Notes: a model not told the origin generated them from the letters alone. Positions 12,258 to 26,132 are shown, counted from the first letter of the whole stretch. The stretch: DNA of 63,222 nt, filler included, from Bonamia ostreae (GCA_040357525.1; 26 parts of 26 records of this genome joined end to end with filler, not necessarily neighbours in it); one strand, 5' to 3'. A program made the numbers and translations.

Positions 12258-14605
12258 TTATTTTACGCCTACCGTATATTTATGAAAGACATTTTCCATC
12301 AATGCATTTACTCCTTTCTCCAAATTTGAAACTTTTATCGTTTGTCTTTCATATGATTTTAATATAAATAATATAAATTTCAAACTTGGTAGTCTAGTGG
12401 TTGTTGAAAATATAGTTTCAAATAATATTTATATATGTTCTCTAACTTTTCTGGCCCAGTAGTTCAGGATAATATTTTATGAGAATCCAACTTACTTTTT
12501 TTCTTTTCTTCATTGTTGCCCTTGATAGTGCCGCACATTCATTAAAAAACAGAATTTCCCTCACTCAATAATGCTTTGTACGTTTGTAAGTTTGATTGAA
12601 ATTGATAAAGTGTTTGTTGAGAATGATGTGAAAATGTGAAAATTTACAAACGGACAGAGAGACAACAAACTTCGACTGAGATGAGCTAGAAAGCTTATAA
12701 GAAGGAAAAAGTGTTCGAGCGCATAAGAAACCTATAAGGTGGACTGGCCTCATGACCATCAATCGAATGTATACTGAAATAAAATTTGCAAATTAATCTT
12801 ATTCATGAAACATTCATACAACGAAATTCATTTTGAGATAAAGGTTCAAACACGATTCATAATGGCCACGATATGTTAAGTGTGATTTTAAGATGGTAAG
12901 AATATATTCATAAGTATTCTTCTGTTTGACTTAAGTCTATCCTAATTTATTTTATTCATCTATCTCAAATCATGCAGGTCCGTACCAAATCACTTCGGGT
13001 ACCAATAAATCAATTAAATTCGGGAAAATCCCAAAACGAATTATTAATTGGTAGATCTCAAGTCAAATTCTGACATAATAGTGTGATATTATTGAAACGT
13101 GATTTAAAACACGCCACCTCGGGCAATGTGTACCACTTAAATGCTCGATTCTGGGATAATGAATGTATTCCTAATTGAACGAAATACAATCATACAGTAA
13201 AATTACGCAGTATTGTCTGTGAGGAATTCCACGAAAATGTTGATACATTGTGATGCAATCAATTTTAGAGGATGCATATTGTAATACCATTTACAAAAAT
13301 CACAGTGAGGCGATTTAAAAGTATGAGAACAAAAATTGAAATTAGCTTTACCGACACATTGAGAAACGACGAATATGTAATTGAAAAAAAATCATGTGAT
13401 TACTTTTTTATGTCAATGACATCCTTGGTGTAAAATGCATTTTTTTCCAACATAGGTGATATAATGAAAACATATGCATACAGGTTTATATACGACATTA
13501 ATTGCTTTTAAAAAATTTCTTACCCGTGTTTCCGGTGAACTAGACAGTTATCTCTGATCTCTGAGCAGAAATGCACTCTCTGTGCGTCACCTAAACCCAA
13601 TAAACGTTGTCCATCTGATATCATTATCTGAAATATAAATACATCAGTTGGAGGTGGATTGCAAGATTGTAAGTTGTTTCAATATTAAGCTTTCAACAAT
13701 TCTCTATACTTAGAATTTAACTGGTGTGTATTTTATATTATCTCGTTATATATTGTTTAATCATATTCAATATCTTGATATATAATTTTTTTAAAGAAAA
13801 ATCCTGGGCTATTACAAATGGATAGCAATTCCTTTTCTTACATAATCATTTTATACAAAATATGTTTAGAAACTGTAGACGAATGTGCATTCATATAATT
13901 GATATTTGAAGAATAAGTAACACTAATATAGTCATAAATGTATGCAATAAAGAAAAAAACATTTCGTTTTCTCAATATGCCCACCATCAGTGTTTAGGGT
14001 ATGCTGTTAAAGCAATTTCGGCCCATTTTACTGTACAAAAAACCAACAAAACAAACAAACAAAAAACCATCGGTCAACATATTTCTTTATATTGCGCATT
14101 ATATAAATGTATAGTATTCTAGTATGTGTCTTTCTCAGTAAGAACATTTGAAGTACAGGACCCTGTTATAGTAGGACAGAATAGAGATCACTGATTTTAT
14201 AATTTCCAAACACCTTAACAATTGTAACATTAATTTTCAGTAAAACGCAATTATTTGTACTTAATTCGTTTAAAATTATACGTTGAATTGATAATTAGTT
14301 TTCGTACATTTTCATAAAAATTTCATACAGACTTAATGCATGTACAAACGTTTAATGCAGTAAGCTCTCTTCGATAGAGGAAAAGAAATATCACTTGGCG
14401 ATAATATTCTGTGTAAAATATAGATTCCATAACTGAAGTTATAATATTTCCATATCAATGCACTGAAATATTTTTAATATTTTACTCTTCATGTCAAAAA
14501 TGATATGTTTGAAACGATGATATTTCACCAGGAACGGATAGTTACCTATTTTTGGACTCAAAATTTACACATCTGATGTATACGCTGTTTCAAAAAGTTT
14601 TATGG
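12258..14605. other. Gene-less contig, probable host/animal DNA
   Basis: No coding structure over 2.3 kb. Confidence 0.65.
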
Positions 14606-14705
14606 NNNNNNNNNNNNNNNNNNNNNNNNNNNNNNNNNNNNNNNNNNNNTTAATTAATTAANNNNNNNNNNNNNNNNNNNNNNNNNNNNNNNNNNNNNNN
14701 NNNNN

Positions 14706-14975
14706 ACTATCGATACTTGTAATCCTTCCCGACAAACACAGTCTGTTTTAAAATGAATGAGCAGAAAACTCGCTTGTTACCACCTATCCCAACACTCGTC
14801 GGCGGACACAACACCAGCACATCCGTCTCTCCCTCTTTCAAATACGCATCATCACGTGTCATTGACTTGTACGCAATTCGTCCGTCTCTCTAACTGAAGG
14901 GCAGGATAGATCGCCCAAGACGCCCAGTTCCTTCCTAAAACGGCGCATGCTGAATCACCTTGCCGACAAATTCTA
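14706..14975 (+). CDS. Possible 3' end of a hypothetical gene
   Basis: Two intron-like segments (gtaatcc...cacag; gtccgtctctctaactgaag) join an open frame ending LADKF*; no homology recognised. Confidence 0.3.
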
Positions 14976-15177
14976 ATGCTGGGATGCGTTTAAAATTTAA
15001 AAACATTAAAGTCAGAGAGAGATATTCAACCCATAAAGCACTGAGTGCATGGAGTGGCCGAAGGGAAATTATCCGAAAAGCTTGTACGAAGAATGGTTCA
15101 ATAGTCGCTAACGGTTTTATGGTCAGCAAGGAAATCTAAATTATATTTTTATTATATAAATAAAGGCTAACTTGGAA

Positions 15178-15964
15178 ATGGCGACGAGTTTACTTTTCTA
15201 AATATCTGCATAAAAGAACTATCCTTCGAGAACACGGACGACATTGGAGTCTACGCCTTATTGAGCAACGCTTACTGCCTCGTCGGACAAGGCAGCTGCG
15301 AGAACTTCTACAGTGCGTTCGACGCGGAGCTGTCTTCGCACGTTCCTGTTATCCGGTGCACAATCGCGGGCATCAGAACGGTGGGGAGCCTGGCAGTCGG
15401 CAACAAGAACGGTCTCTTGCTGCCGAACTCGATCGCCGACTCGGAGCTGGCCCATCTCCGGAATTCTCTCCCCGATTCAGTCGTCGTTCGCCGCATCCCT
15501 GAGCGCTACAACGCGCTTGGCAACGTTGTCGTGAGCAACGACCACATTGCCCTGCTCCACCCCGGGGCCTCCAAGGAGACGGAGGAGACCATATCCGACA
15601 CACTCGGGGTCGAGGTGTTCCGCCAGTCGGTAGCAGGAAGTGAGCTGGTCGGATCCTACTGCGACTTGAGCAACCTGGGCGCCCTGATGCACCCGGCGAC
15701 TACGAGCGAGGAGCAAGAAGAACTACGCGCGCGCCTGCAAGTGCCGGTGGTCGCGGGGACGATAAATAGAGGGACCACCCCTATCTCGAGCGGACTGATA
15801 GTAAACGACTGGGATTTGAGACTAACTTTCAGCGCGCCTTCTGCGGCGGAAGCACCACCGCGACCGAAATGTGCACCGTCGAAGGCATTTTCAGACTTAC
15901 GGAAGGCGAGCAGGAAGAGGTTATCAAAAGCCTGAGAGGGGCTCTGATAGATGAATTGCTATAA
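15178..15964 (+). CDS. EIF6: Eukaryotic translation initiation factor 6
   Basis: MATK|LSFENTDDIGVY...GNKNGLLLP...VAGTINRG...VNDW|RAFCG...TTATE; introns 15188-15216 (GT-AG) and 15813-15832 (GA-AG). Confidence 0.97.
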
Positions 15965-16527
15965 ATGCTTTTACTCTTTTTATTACAATTCATCGATGGG
16001 CGTAAATTTTAAAAATTATTGATTCAGAACTGCAGTGCGGTAACTAGAAGAAATGAACGCGCATCCAATGCGAGTTTAGTTCCACTTTATCTAAAATTTT
16101 GAGTTTTATTCAACATATTTTCTTTCACTCGCAACGGCATCTTTTCGACGCATTCGCGATTTAAAGTCAAGAAATTTTTTATGGGATGCTCCAGGGGGAA
16201 ACCAGTTGAATAAATTCGACTTAATGATAATTTTTTTATTGAGATCTTCTTGTCCCTCTGAATATAACTCAAGAAGTTCATGTTAAATTGCCACCCAGAT
16301 AATTTGCCACCCAGACCACGAAAAATTACGGTAAAATGATTCAAAAGAAAAATCTTGACAAATAAATTCTGAATTTTTAGAAGTGAATCTGTGAAGCGTG
16401 TGCACGCAATGATTATAATATATGTAAACTTTTTATCTATAAAAATTAAAACATATTTTTTTTATTCAAATACGAAAAATATATGATTTCCTTATAAGAA
16501 GCAAACCGCGTGCATAATTTTTGAGGG

Positions 16528-16835
16528 ATGACAGAAAATTCTGATATCGAAAAAAAGGATAGACGAAGGATACAGAACAGAATAAACGCTAAGCGATTCA
16601 GGGATCGCCATAAACACCGGATGCACAATTTGTTGGATGAAAAACAGAAGCTCCCTGGCCAAATAATGATATTGCAGTCTCAACTTGAAAATCTACGCAA
16701 AATAAAACGATCGGAAATCGAATTGTTGCGAGAAAAAAACGAAGTAGAGTCGATTAGAATCAGAGACTCGTTTTTTTATTAGATTTTAGTTTCCAAAAGC
16801 TTATTATGCTAGGAAAGAAGTATGGAATTCGATAA
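16528..16835 (+). CDS. Small bZIP transcription factor
   Basis: RRRIQNRINAKRFRDR basic region plus heptad leucines; probable 20-nt intron 16770-16789. Confidence 0.8.
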
Positions 16836-17150
16836 ATGTCTTTATTATTGTTCTTTGTTCGAAAATTTGCAACTTCTTGCAAATTTAAACGTCTTTCATT
16901 ATTTCCAAGTTGCTTTATTTTGATTATTGCAAGTCATTTATTGTTCGACATGTTGATTATCTAAAGTTCAACTTGTTTGCAGACAAAAACTTTAAAGCAA
17001 GATTTTATCTAGATTTTCGGCTTGTTAATTTGTCAAAAATTCTTTACACANNNNNNNNNNNNNNNNNNNNNNNNNNNNNNNNNNNNNNNNNNNNTTAATT
17101 AATTAANNNNNNNNNNNNNNNNNNNNNNNNNNNNNNNNNNNNNNNNNNNN

Positions 17151-19492
17151 TTGTGCTCTCAATTTGTTTTTTCCATCATAAACAATTCACAATGACAGGT
17201 AAAAGATATTGTCGAACGTACAAAGGATGAATGGGACATGGTTTTACTACCCGTGTTCCCCATTCCCACTTTTTTCTATGAATGATCTTCTTATAGGGAA
17301 AATGTAGTTTCGGTGAGGTGCCTCTTCAAAGTTCATGGAGACCGATGCCCTATACTTGCTTGGAATGTGATGATACAAAGGAAATATATAATCCGCATAG
17401 GATTTTACAGTATATTATTTAACAGGTAGGTGAACTTTAAACTTTCTTTTTGATTATGGAAATGTCAATGGCTGACTCTAAGCTTTTTTTCTTCAAAAAC
17501 CAATCTTTTATCTTTTATATATATAAACTGCGTACAACTCTGAAAACTAGTTGCATTATTGCTACTTTTGTAATTAAAACATTCTTAATACTTTAAAAAA
17601 AACCTTTATCGATGGTGTCACAAATATGTAGAATAAATATAGATATTCCCAGAATACCGCGCTATGGCATCCAACTGCATGTGTATCAGCTGCAAAACAA
17701 TTACGTATACGCTATCGCCAGAGGATGCTAGTGCTCTCTGAAGAGCCACGTATGCCAGAATGCAATAACAGTAAAGAAAGATACATCATTTTTGAAAACT
17801 TCAAGGTTTTAAACTATGTACTACGTAACAAGACACTGGTTTATGCATCATCTTTTCGTTATTTCTGGATAGTTTATCAAAAAGTAAAGTATATTTTTTA
17901 ATTAATATAACGATAATTACGAATTAAGTCTTCCCAGACTTCAACTCATACATTTGTATATGAAACAATATAATAGTAATTAAAGATACAATCAGAACTT
18001 TAGAGCAAGTGTTTCGGAATTTATTCAATTACATAATAATATTTAGAAGAACATTGTATAGATTATCACGAATGACATACCCACACTATGTTGATACGAA
18101 AACACTCTGAACCTGTATTTTTACTGGTTCTAACGTTAGACATATAAATAAAGACATAAACGCTTACGTTTCGTCAGTCCACAACGTTACTTTACTAGGT
18201 CCGCTATTGTAGTCTTTAGGGATAGCCGTTCCTTCGAATGCCTCACACTTTTTCGGAACCACCGAGTACGGTTGTGCTGTATATAAAAAAATGTCGAATA
18301 CATTTAAAAGAATCTAAATCGTGGTCGATAGCATGTTTAAGATTAATAACGAATTGATATACTGATGTTGTATTTCTGGGGAAACCGGTTGCTCCCCATA
18401 TAAAAATATTGAGGGAAGAATGCAAAGTAAATTTTCATTTCATACATGTAAAGCAAATTAGAAAAATAAATTGCAGAGTTAAATAGATGATTTAGGCGTT
18501 CGTATTCCTTATTTTTTTTACAATCAGCACAAATTTCGATAAATCTGGTTGCCAAAGGTTAAGTAACACAATATATGAGGATCTTTCTTGGTACGTGTAA
18601 AATCATGCTCTGTGAACTGAGAATGGACTTTATCAGTATTAGATTCTTTTTGGTTTGTGAAAATCACACATCTTTTTAACATTTTAAATGATGTGTAGAA
18701 TACAACCTTAGTATGATATCAATAAGTTACTGATTGGATCAACTTGAAATGTTTAGCTTAATAATGCATCTTATTCATCTAACATAATATTACAATATAC
18801 TATTTTGAGATTGGAAGTCAACCAATTGTTCCATAGCTTTTGAGAACAACCACACAAAAAGCAATAAATGTAAAGATGCATGTAATAGTATGCTAATAAC
18901 CCAAATTAATCGTATATGTTATCAATTAGCCATATCCTGTAAAAATGTCTCCATGTCAAAAAAAGTTTGGAAAGATTACATTTTGTAGTACAATAATTAT
19001 TTAATAAAAAAGCTGTAAATCTCTGGTTTTGTCGTGTATAGAGAAATGGAAGAAAACGACTTGTCAGTTCAAGAATGTGTACTGGAATACTGACTAGTTT
19101 CATAATGCTGCGAGGCTTTTGAATGTAATGTAAACAGAGATGACAAAATTTTCACTAAAGAATTGCGGGTTCATAACTGGGGATGTACGAAATTGCTATG
19201 ATGTTGAAATTATGAAAATTCCAAAATCTGTCATCCACCGTCCACTTACACTGTAGTGCACCGAAGAACTACGTGTACCTAGGCAGAACAGACGTAAATC
19301 AGAACAACTTTGGTGGGGTACTAGTTGAATAAAAAAAAACTGGAAGTACTGATGAGAGTTGATTTAAAGATGCTTCTGGGACTGAGAATTATACCAAAAT
19401 AAAACAAACAATACAAAAGTAAAATAACAAATTACGCATAAACGTATGTTGTGCCTCTGTAACAATCAACGATGTGTACATACGTATGAAAG
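17151..19492. other. Gene-less contig, probable host/animal DNA
   Basis: No coding structure. Confidence 0.65.
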
Positions 19493-19673
19493 NNNNNNNN
19501 NNNNNNNNNNNNNNNNNNNNNNNNNNNNNNNNNNNNTTAATTAATTAANNNNNNNNNNNNNNNNNNNNNNNNNNNNNNNNNNNNNNNNNNNNACATTTCA
19601 GAAAAAATTAAAAACGACCATAAAAAACTAACATTTGGCTAAACGAAAATTTAGCAATATTCCAATTTTCAAA

Positions 19674-20867
19674 ATGCACAATATAAGAAGAGACGATTAT
19701 TACAGTCGCTCCAACGACGACGTCCAAAAAACCGTCCACCAAATTGAAAAATATAACAAACTTTGTGACATCGTCCTCGCCATGAAAACGAGAAAAGCTT
19801 TTTCGGAGAAGGCGATTTTTGTGACTGAAAAGATTTTGTTGATAAATCCAGATTTTTATAACAGTTGGAATTTCCGTAAAGAGATCACCGACCATTTTTT
19901 AAATAACGCGCAAAAAGACCAAAAAATTAAAATTTGTTTGGAGGAACTAAAATTATCCAAAAAAGCACTTTACATCAATCCAAAATCGTTTTTTTGAAAT
20001 TTTGTCAAAGATATCCAAGTTGGTACCACCGCAAATGGATCTTCGACAAAAACATTTTAGACGAAAACGAACTTTCAAAAGAACTTTTGTTAACAGAAAA
20101 ATTACTTGATATTGATGAAAGAAACTGTTTTCTTGTTACCGACATTTTGTTCGAGCTTAAAATTTATAATATGAAATTTCTTTATTATTAAGATTTTGGA
20201 ATTTAGTGTTTTTGAAATGTGCATTATCAATTTAAACGCACATTATCACTTTTAGTGACAACAATCGTAAATTATATGCGATATCATTAAATTTTCTAAG
20301 CTTGAAATATTTTTAGTTCATTGTTGGTCTCACAGAAGACATATTGTAAATTTGGCCAAAACGGCGTTAAAAGATGAATTCGATTTTACGACCCGGAAAA
20401 TCGAAGACAATTTTTCAAATTATTCCGCTTGGCATTACCGCGCCATTTTGATAAAGCAAATGACTAAAAAACAGCATTTCTCGCTTAATCTAAAAGACGA
20501 GTTTGACATAGTGACTTCAGCCATTTTCACTGATCCGCAGGATTCGTCGTCTTGGCTCTATCTTTTTTGGCTATTAAAACGAGAACTCAAAATCGACAAC
20601 ATTTTGTCCATTTTCGAAAAACCCAAAATTGAAAGTTTTCCGACTTTCGGAAAAAAGAGCGTTTTGGATGAAAACATTCAAAATTTGTTTGATAATTTGC
20701 GAAACCTGGAAAAAGATGAAAACGACTGTTGTTGGTTGGAATTGGCGCTTGTGATTTTGGATCGCTCTTTCGGCGATTTTGGGGGCAAAACTGATTTGCG
20801 TTTAGAAAAATTGAGAGAAATTGATTCTTTGAGAAAGAATATGTATTCGTATTTGAAAAATAAATAA
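19674..20867 (+). CDS. RABGGTA: Rab geranylgeranyltransferase alpha subunit
   Basis: PPTA repeats NPDFYNSWNFR, NPKS|YPSWYHRKW, DERN|FHCWSHRR, NFSNYSAWHYR, FTDPQDSSSW; introns 19988-20010 and 20127-20316. Confidence 0.93.
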
Positions 20868-20945
20868 TTTTATGTTTTGAGCGATTACTTAAAAATCTAT
20901 TAACTTTTTTCAAATATTAATATATTTTTGCATTGCAATTTAAAA

Positions 20946-21902
20946 ATGAAATATAAATCGCTTTGTCCTGAATTTCAGGCTATGCTTAAAGGTTTTTAGA
21001 GAAGTAGCAAAAAAATTGATTTTTTTCGTTTTTAATTGTTAAAAATTTGCCAAAACTACACAAAACATCAATAAAATTTTAGTGGTTGAAAATAAATTAA
21101 AAGTTTTAGACGAAAAAATTAAAAATTTTAGTGGTTGAAAATAAAAAGTTTTAGACGAAAAAGTCTTATTCAAAAATAAATTAAAAATCTATTTCAACAA
21201 AAGACGCGCACATAAATTTACTAAACAATAAAACAAAAATCGCTCTAAAATTCCCAATTGTTGGGACAAACTTTTTTGGTCTACGCTATTTCACTAAAGA
21301 TAACATCAACAACGAAATGGCCCTCGCCCAAAGAATTAAAAAATTTGAAGGAAGAAGAAAATTGACAAATGAAGAAGGGACTGATGAATTCCGGTTTAAT
21401 ATTGATAAGAACAATTTGAGATTGATGTTTTTCAACCAAAATTTTGAAGAGAAATTAACTTTGCTATTTTCAAAATATGAATATCGATGTCAAGTTATGA
21501 CGAAGTATCCGATCAAAGGGAGATACAGAAAATATACATTTATTTTTTATTTGGGAGAGCCCATTCGAAATGTTTAAAAATGACAAAAATCTTAATTTAT
21601 TGAAACCGGAAAATTTTAAATTTAATTTAAAGTTCCAACCAGTTTCTCATTTGGAAATAGATTTTCTGAAACATAAAGTTGGAAATGAAGAAAGAGAAAT
21701 TTTGGCGAGCATGGACACTTGGGAAGATGTCGGCAAATTCTTTGAAAATCGTAAAGATGATTTAAAATTGGTCGATGCAGTCGAAGTCAATCAAATTTTT
21801 GTTTATTGGGTTCCTTTACATCAGATAGATGATTCGCTTTCATTAAAATTTGATGTTGAATCAAAGAAAAGAGAAGATTTGTATCCATTCGAGGATGAAT
21901 AA
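20946..21902 (+). CDS. Hypothetical protein
   Basis: Short first exon, repeat-containing intron, then two overlapping ORFs joined by an inferred intron ending at 21559. Confidence 0.55.
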
Positions 21903-22060
21903 ATTAAATGTCGTAATTTAAATTTTTTCAAAGANNNNNNNNNNNNNNNNNNNNNNNNNNNNNNNNNNNNNNNNNNNNTTAATTAATTAANNNNNNNNNN
22001 NNNNNNNNNNNNNNNNNNNNNNNNNNNNNNNNNNCAAATTGGTAAAATTTCTAAAATTTG

Positions 22061-22528
22061 CTAAAAACCACATTTAAAATTTCCAGTAGAATTGGTAAAA
22101 CTCCATTTTCGAAACGGATTGTTATCTTTGACATCTAGAACGCATTCCATTACATCATTTCCAGCTTTTTTCGAGTATCCTTTTTTGCAACCGAGTTGAC
22201 AAACTCCATTTTCGATGCATTTAAGATCCATTATCCGCATGTTCTCAAATTCTTCCGAAGGTGTCCATATTGAACATTCCTTCAATTCACAAACTAAAGG
22301 CGCTCCCGCCCATAGATTCGTCGAAGTGTCGCATTTGCGTTGATATGAGCCACCCTTCCGCTTAAAACCCGGAACACAATATTCAGTGCAAAGCAAAGAA
22401 CCCGAACAGTCATTTTCGACTTGAAAAGTGTTTCTCGATGAGCTTCCGAGGGAATTTAAGCAAAATTGCGAATTTGTTATTTTCGCATAAATCAGAATTG
22501 ATTGTATTATAAAGTTTGAAAACGCCAT
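22061..22528 (-). CDS. Secreted/surface Sushi (CCP)-domain protein, 3' truncated
   Basis: Signal-peptide-like N-terminus; CVPGF...GSYQRKC...WAGAPLVC and CKKGY...MEC...W modules. Confidence 0.75.
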   Translation of the reverse strand: MAFSNFIIQSILIYAKITNSQFCLNSLGSSSRNTFQVENDCSGSLLCTEYCVPGFKRKGGSYQRKCDTSTNLWAGAPLVCELKECSIWTPSEEFENMRIMDLKCIENGVCQLGCKKGYSKKAGNDVMECVLDVKDNNPFRKWSFTNSTGNFKCGF

Positions 22529-22866
22529 TTTTGTGTTTGTTGATTAATTTGATTTTTCGGATTTTCGCAATTTAACTTTTTTTGTCGTTTCAAAGTTGTT
22601 TTTGCAAAAAGGATAAAATTATGATAATTGCATTTTTTTGAAAAATCAAATGGTTGTTCGTTTATAGGGATAGAAGTCAATTCAATAAAAATATTACATT
22701 TTTTCAAAATTGTTAAAATTGCAATTTTTAATCTACCATTTCTAGATAAGATTTTTTGAAATTTGTTATTTACTTTCATCCAACTGACATTTTAAGCAAA
22801 ACAAGCTTCACAAATTTAATTAAGAAAAACCATAAAACAAAAATCCTAAAAGGCTCGACAGATTTA

Positions 22867-23836
22867 ATGTTGAAAAAATTTGACCAAGATTGCCCAACAG
22901 AATTCTGGGAAAGAACGCCGTCGCGTAAAGACGGAATAACAGAATTAAAAGAACTCGAAATGAGGCAAAAAGTCTGTAGATTTATGTTGACCATGCTGCG
23001 TGCCATGAAAATGTTCTTAATCGCAATTATAAAAAGCGAAGACCATTTTGCAGAGATCCACGCTTTTATGTTAATCCAAATTTTTTATAACCGATTTTCC
23101 TTCGCCAATTCTTCAATTGACAAATATGTTTTCGCAATATTTAATTAAAATGTAACATTTCTTCGTTTTTCGTATTTAAATATTTTCGTCGGATATTTGC
23201 GATTAAATTTTTGCATGGCAATTTTCGGACTAAATTTTAGGATCTTGGTTTAGCCGCTGTATTTTTGTCATTGAAGTTAAATGACAGAACGAAAACGTTG
23301 ACTGAGTTAATATTAAATCAGTGGAAATATCTTTCTCCCAATGTTCCATTGCCCACTGGAACCACAAAAGTTTAAAATCGTCTTGTCATTTACAAAATTT
23401 TGCGATCTCTAAAAATTCTTTAAAAATGTTTGAAAAGGCGTTCAAAGAAAGACTAAAATGCATTTTGTTTACCGAAATGAAATTGATTTCGACGATTAAT
23501 TTCCGTCTTGAATATCCAAACCATTTAATTTACGGCAATAAAATTGTGGACCATTTCTTTCCTGCTCTTTTTAAGGAAAATCCTAAAATCTACAAAAACT
23601 TGGTCAAACTCTATTACTTTCTTAGTTATCACAGTTTTTGGACACATTTAGGATTGTTTCACGGTCCTTTTGACGTAGCGTTTGCTTGTTTGAAACAAGC
23701 CGTCTTGGAATTGAAGCAACAACATAAAATCGTGTTAAAATTCAGCCGAAGAATTTTAGATGAAAACGGAATTGATTCGGAAAAAATTATAAAAATACAA
23801 AAAATCCTCGTTTTCGGGAATTTCCATTTACGTTAA
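22867..23836 (+). CDS. Transcription-type cyclin (K/T/L-like)
   Basis: TPSRKDGI...E...R, IFYNRFSF, DLGLAAVFLSLK, TEMKLISTINFRLEYP. Confidence 0.8.
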
Positions 23837-23930
23837 TAAAATTTTTGCGACCTGCGAATTCCTAAAATGTCATTTTTAATAAAATTTAGCGGGAGAAAGG
23901 TCAAGTCATGACATCCTAAATCCTGTTGAC

Positions 23931-24330
23931 ATGTCAAAATTTAGCTACAAAAAATTGGAAGAATCCAATTTGGTTGACAAAAACGATGACAATTTTGCGA
24001 AAAACGAAAAAAATGAAAATTTTGATGGCATTGACAATTTGATAATTTTGATTAAAAATATTCCGCAAGATTTCAAACATGAACATTCGTTGCGAATCCA
24101 TTTCTGTTATTTAATCATTTTTACAAATATTTAAATATATTTTGGCATCATTACTGATTTTGTAAATGTGGAAGCTAAATTTTAAAAATATTTAAGTAAA
24201 CGAAGAAATAGCGTGGACCAAATTTATGAATCGAGAAAATTTAGTCGATGTTTATATAGAATTCGTTCATTCAAAAAGCGTCACTTTTCTTTTCAAAGAG
24301 CGCATTTTTAGAAATCTGAAGAAAAACAAA
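23931..24330 (+). CDS. Hypothetical protein, 3' truncated
   Basis: ATG with exons that can be joined through introns; no recognised family. Confidence 0.4.
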
Positions 24331-24475
24331 TTTGTTTTTGATAAAATTTATTTAAAATTGGTCAAAACATATTTTNNNNNNNNNNNNNNNNNNNNNNNNN
24401 NNNNNNNNNNNNNNNNNNNTTAATTAATTAANNNNNNNNNNNNNNNNNNNNNNNNNNNNNNNNNNNNNNNNNNNN

Positions 24476-25004
24476 GGATCTCCCGTTTTCTCTCTTTTTG
24501 GACGTCGATATTTTTTTCTTTTGAGAGGGTTTTCTCTAAAAACAGTCGATCCGCCAAAATCTGAAAATTGCTTTTCGTCTCCGATAAATTTGGATTTTTC
24601 CATGTTCGTCGGATCAAGCGAATAACCGTAATTTTTAAAAGTGTGGAATTTTTCTTCGAAAGTAAAATCGTCCATCGCAAATTTCTTCACGTTGCTGTTT
24701 TTTTTAGTTTTTGTGATTTAATTTTTACAAAATTTTTGGTTGATTTAAAAGATTTTGTTGACAATCAGAAAAATTTTTAATGTTCGTAAATTTTTTGAAA
24801 CCCGTTTAATGTATTATCGGGAAATAAAAATTGCTCACTGTCATTTGAAATTTGATTATTTTCTTTGACGTTATCATTATTTTCAATATTTTGGGTTTTA
24901 ATATTTAAATCCGGGGCTAAATTAACAGTTGTTTCGTTTAGCTTTATTTTTGGTTTAATTGTCTCATCCTCTTCGTTATTGTAAACAGTTTGAATCTCTT
25001 CCAT
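24476..25004 (-). CDS. CDC40: Pre-mRNA splicing factor Prp17/CDC40, N-terminal part
   Basis: NLAPD...NTLNG|NV...DDFTFEEKFHTFKNYGYSLDP...FIGD...GSTVF. Confidence 0.85.
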
Positions 25005-25119
25005 GCGGATTTATAATTAAGGATTATATTGGGCTTACAAAAGAGCTAAAGTTTAAATTTGCGTTTATACAGTAAATCCGAAAACTCGATTTAACAAAAA
25101 GAATTTGCTAAATATCTAA

Positions 25120-26132
25120 ATGGACAAAAACGACTTATTGCACAGTACACTTCATTTTATAGAAAAACTGAAAGACGAAAACAACAAAGCGCAATCTGAA
25201 GCAATTCAAGTCGCACTTGAATGCCTTTCCGAAGCACTGGACTTCCCGTTGCAGGAAATATCATCGGCACCGAAATACAAAATCGACGATGTTTGTCTAC
25301 AGAAAACTGCGAAAACGAAAATCGCCAAAATTTCCGATTCGGAAAATTTGACTGAAAAAGCAGAAAACCTCAAAAATGGTGGAAAATTTAGGCAAGCTAT
25401 TCCTGTCACCGTTGAAGCATTGAAAAGAGACCCCTTTGATTTAAAAGTTATATTACCAATAAACGCTGAAAAGGCTCGCACGCTTCTCGCGGACACTTTA
25501 TTGGAACTGAATCGTCTCGAAGAAGCTAAAAGCGATTATGAAATGGCTCTAGAAATCGCATCGAAACAGAAGAAATCTCATCAAAAATCAGACGAAGCAC
25601 TAAAAGATTTGACATCAAAATTGGAAAACGTCGTTGCTATGATAAATTATCGCAAACGACGCCAAAGAGTTGATGAAGGTTTAAACCGACAAATCAAAAG
25701 AAAACAGCCGTTTCCGATCAGCTGTAGATAAGAAGGATTTGCCGCCTAAAGATATCGAGAAAAACATTGGAAAATTTTTATCCGACAAAAAGAGTCTGGA
25801 CAAAATTTTCGAAAACGAAAAATTTCAAAATTTGGCTCAAAATATGATGCAAAATCCCTTCATGCAAAATATAATGAAAGACATCTTTCCGTCGCAACAG
25901 CCGCCGAACTTTGGTGGAAATGACAATGATCTAAATAATAGTTTTAATGAAAACAAAACGAACAGTTTTTATCATTCATTTTCGTACTTTTGAAAGCTAA
26001 CTATAGATTTTTATTATATTATAATTTCTTAAAGTTGTGACTGGGCAAAATGGACAAAATATTGAAAAAGAAAATGGATCTGATCTCAATGAGATAGATA
26101 AAAGCGATGTAAAAAATGATTATAAAAAATAA
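25120..26132 (+). CDS. SGT/Sgt2-like TPR co-chaperone
   Basis: EAIQVALECLSEAL dimerisation motif, TPR, MMQNPFMQNIM STI1-like motif; introns 25447-25473 and 25679-25700. Confidence 0.75.

Noticed and set aside
14988-15025. Second AT-AC intron on the minus strand
   Set aside because: Donor ATATCTCT is off-consensus, there is no CCTTAAC branch site, and no recognisable protein is restored.
15990-16440. Gene between eIF6 and the bZIP gene
   Set aside because: Several splice models are possible on either strand, none supported by recognisable homology.
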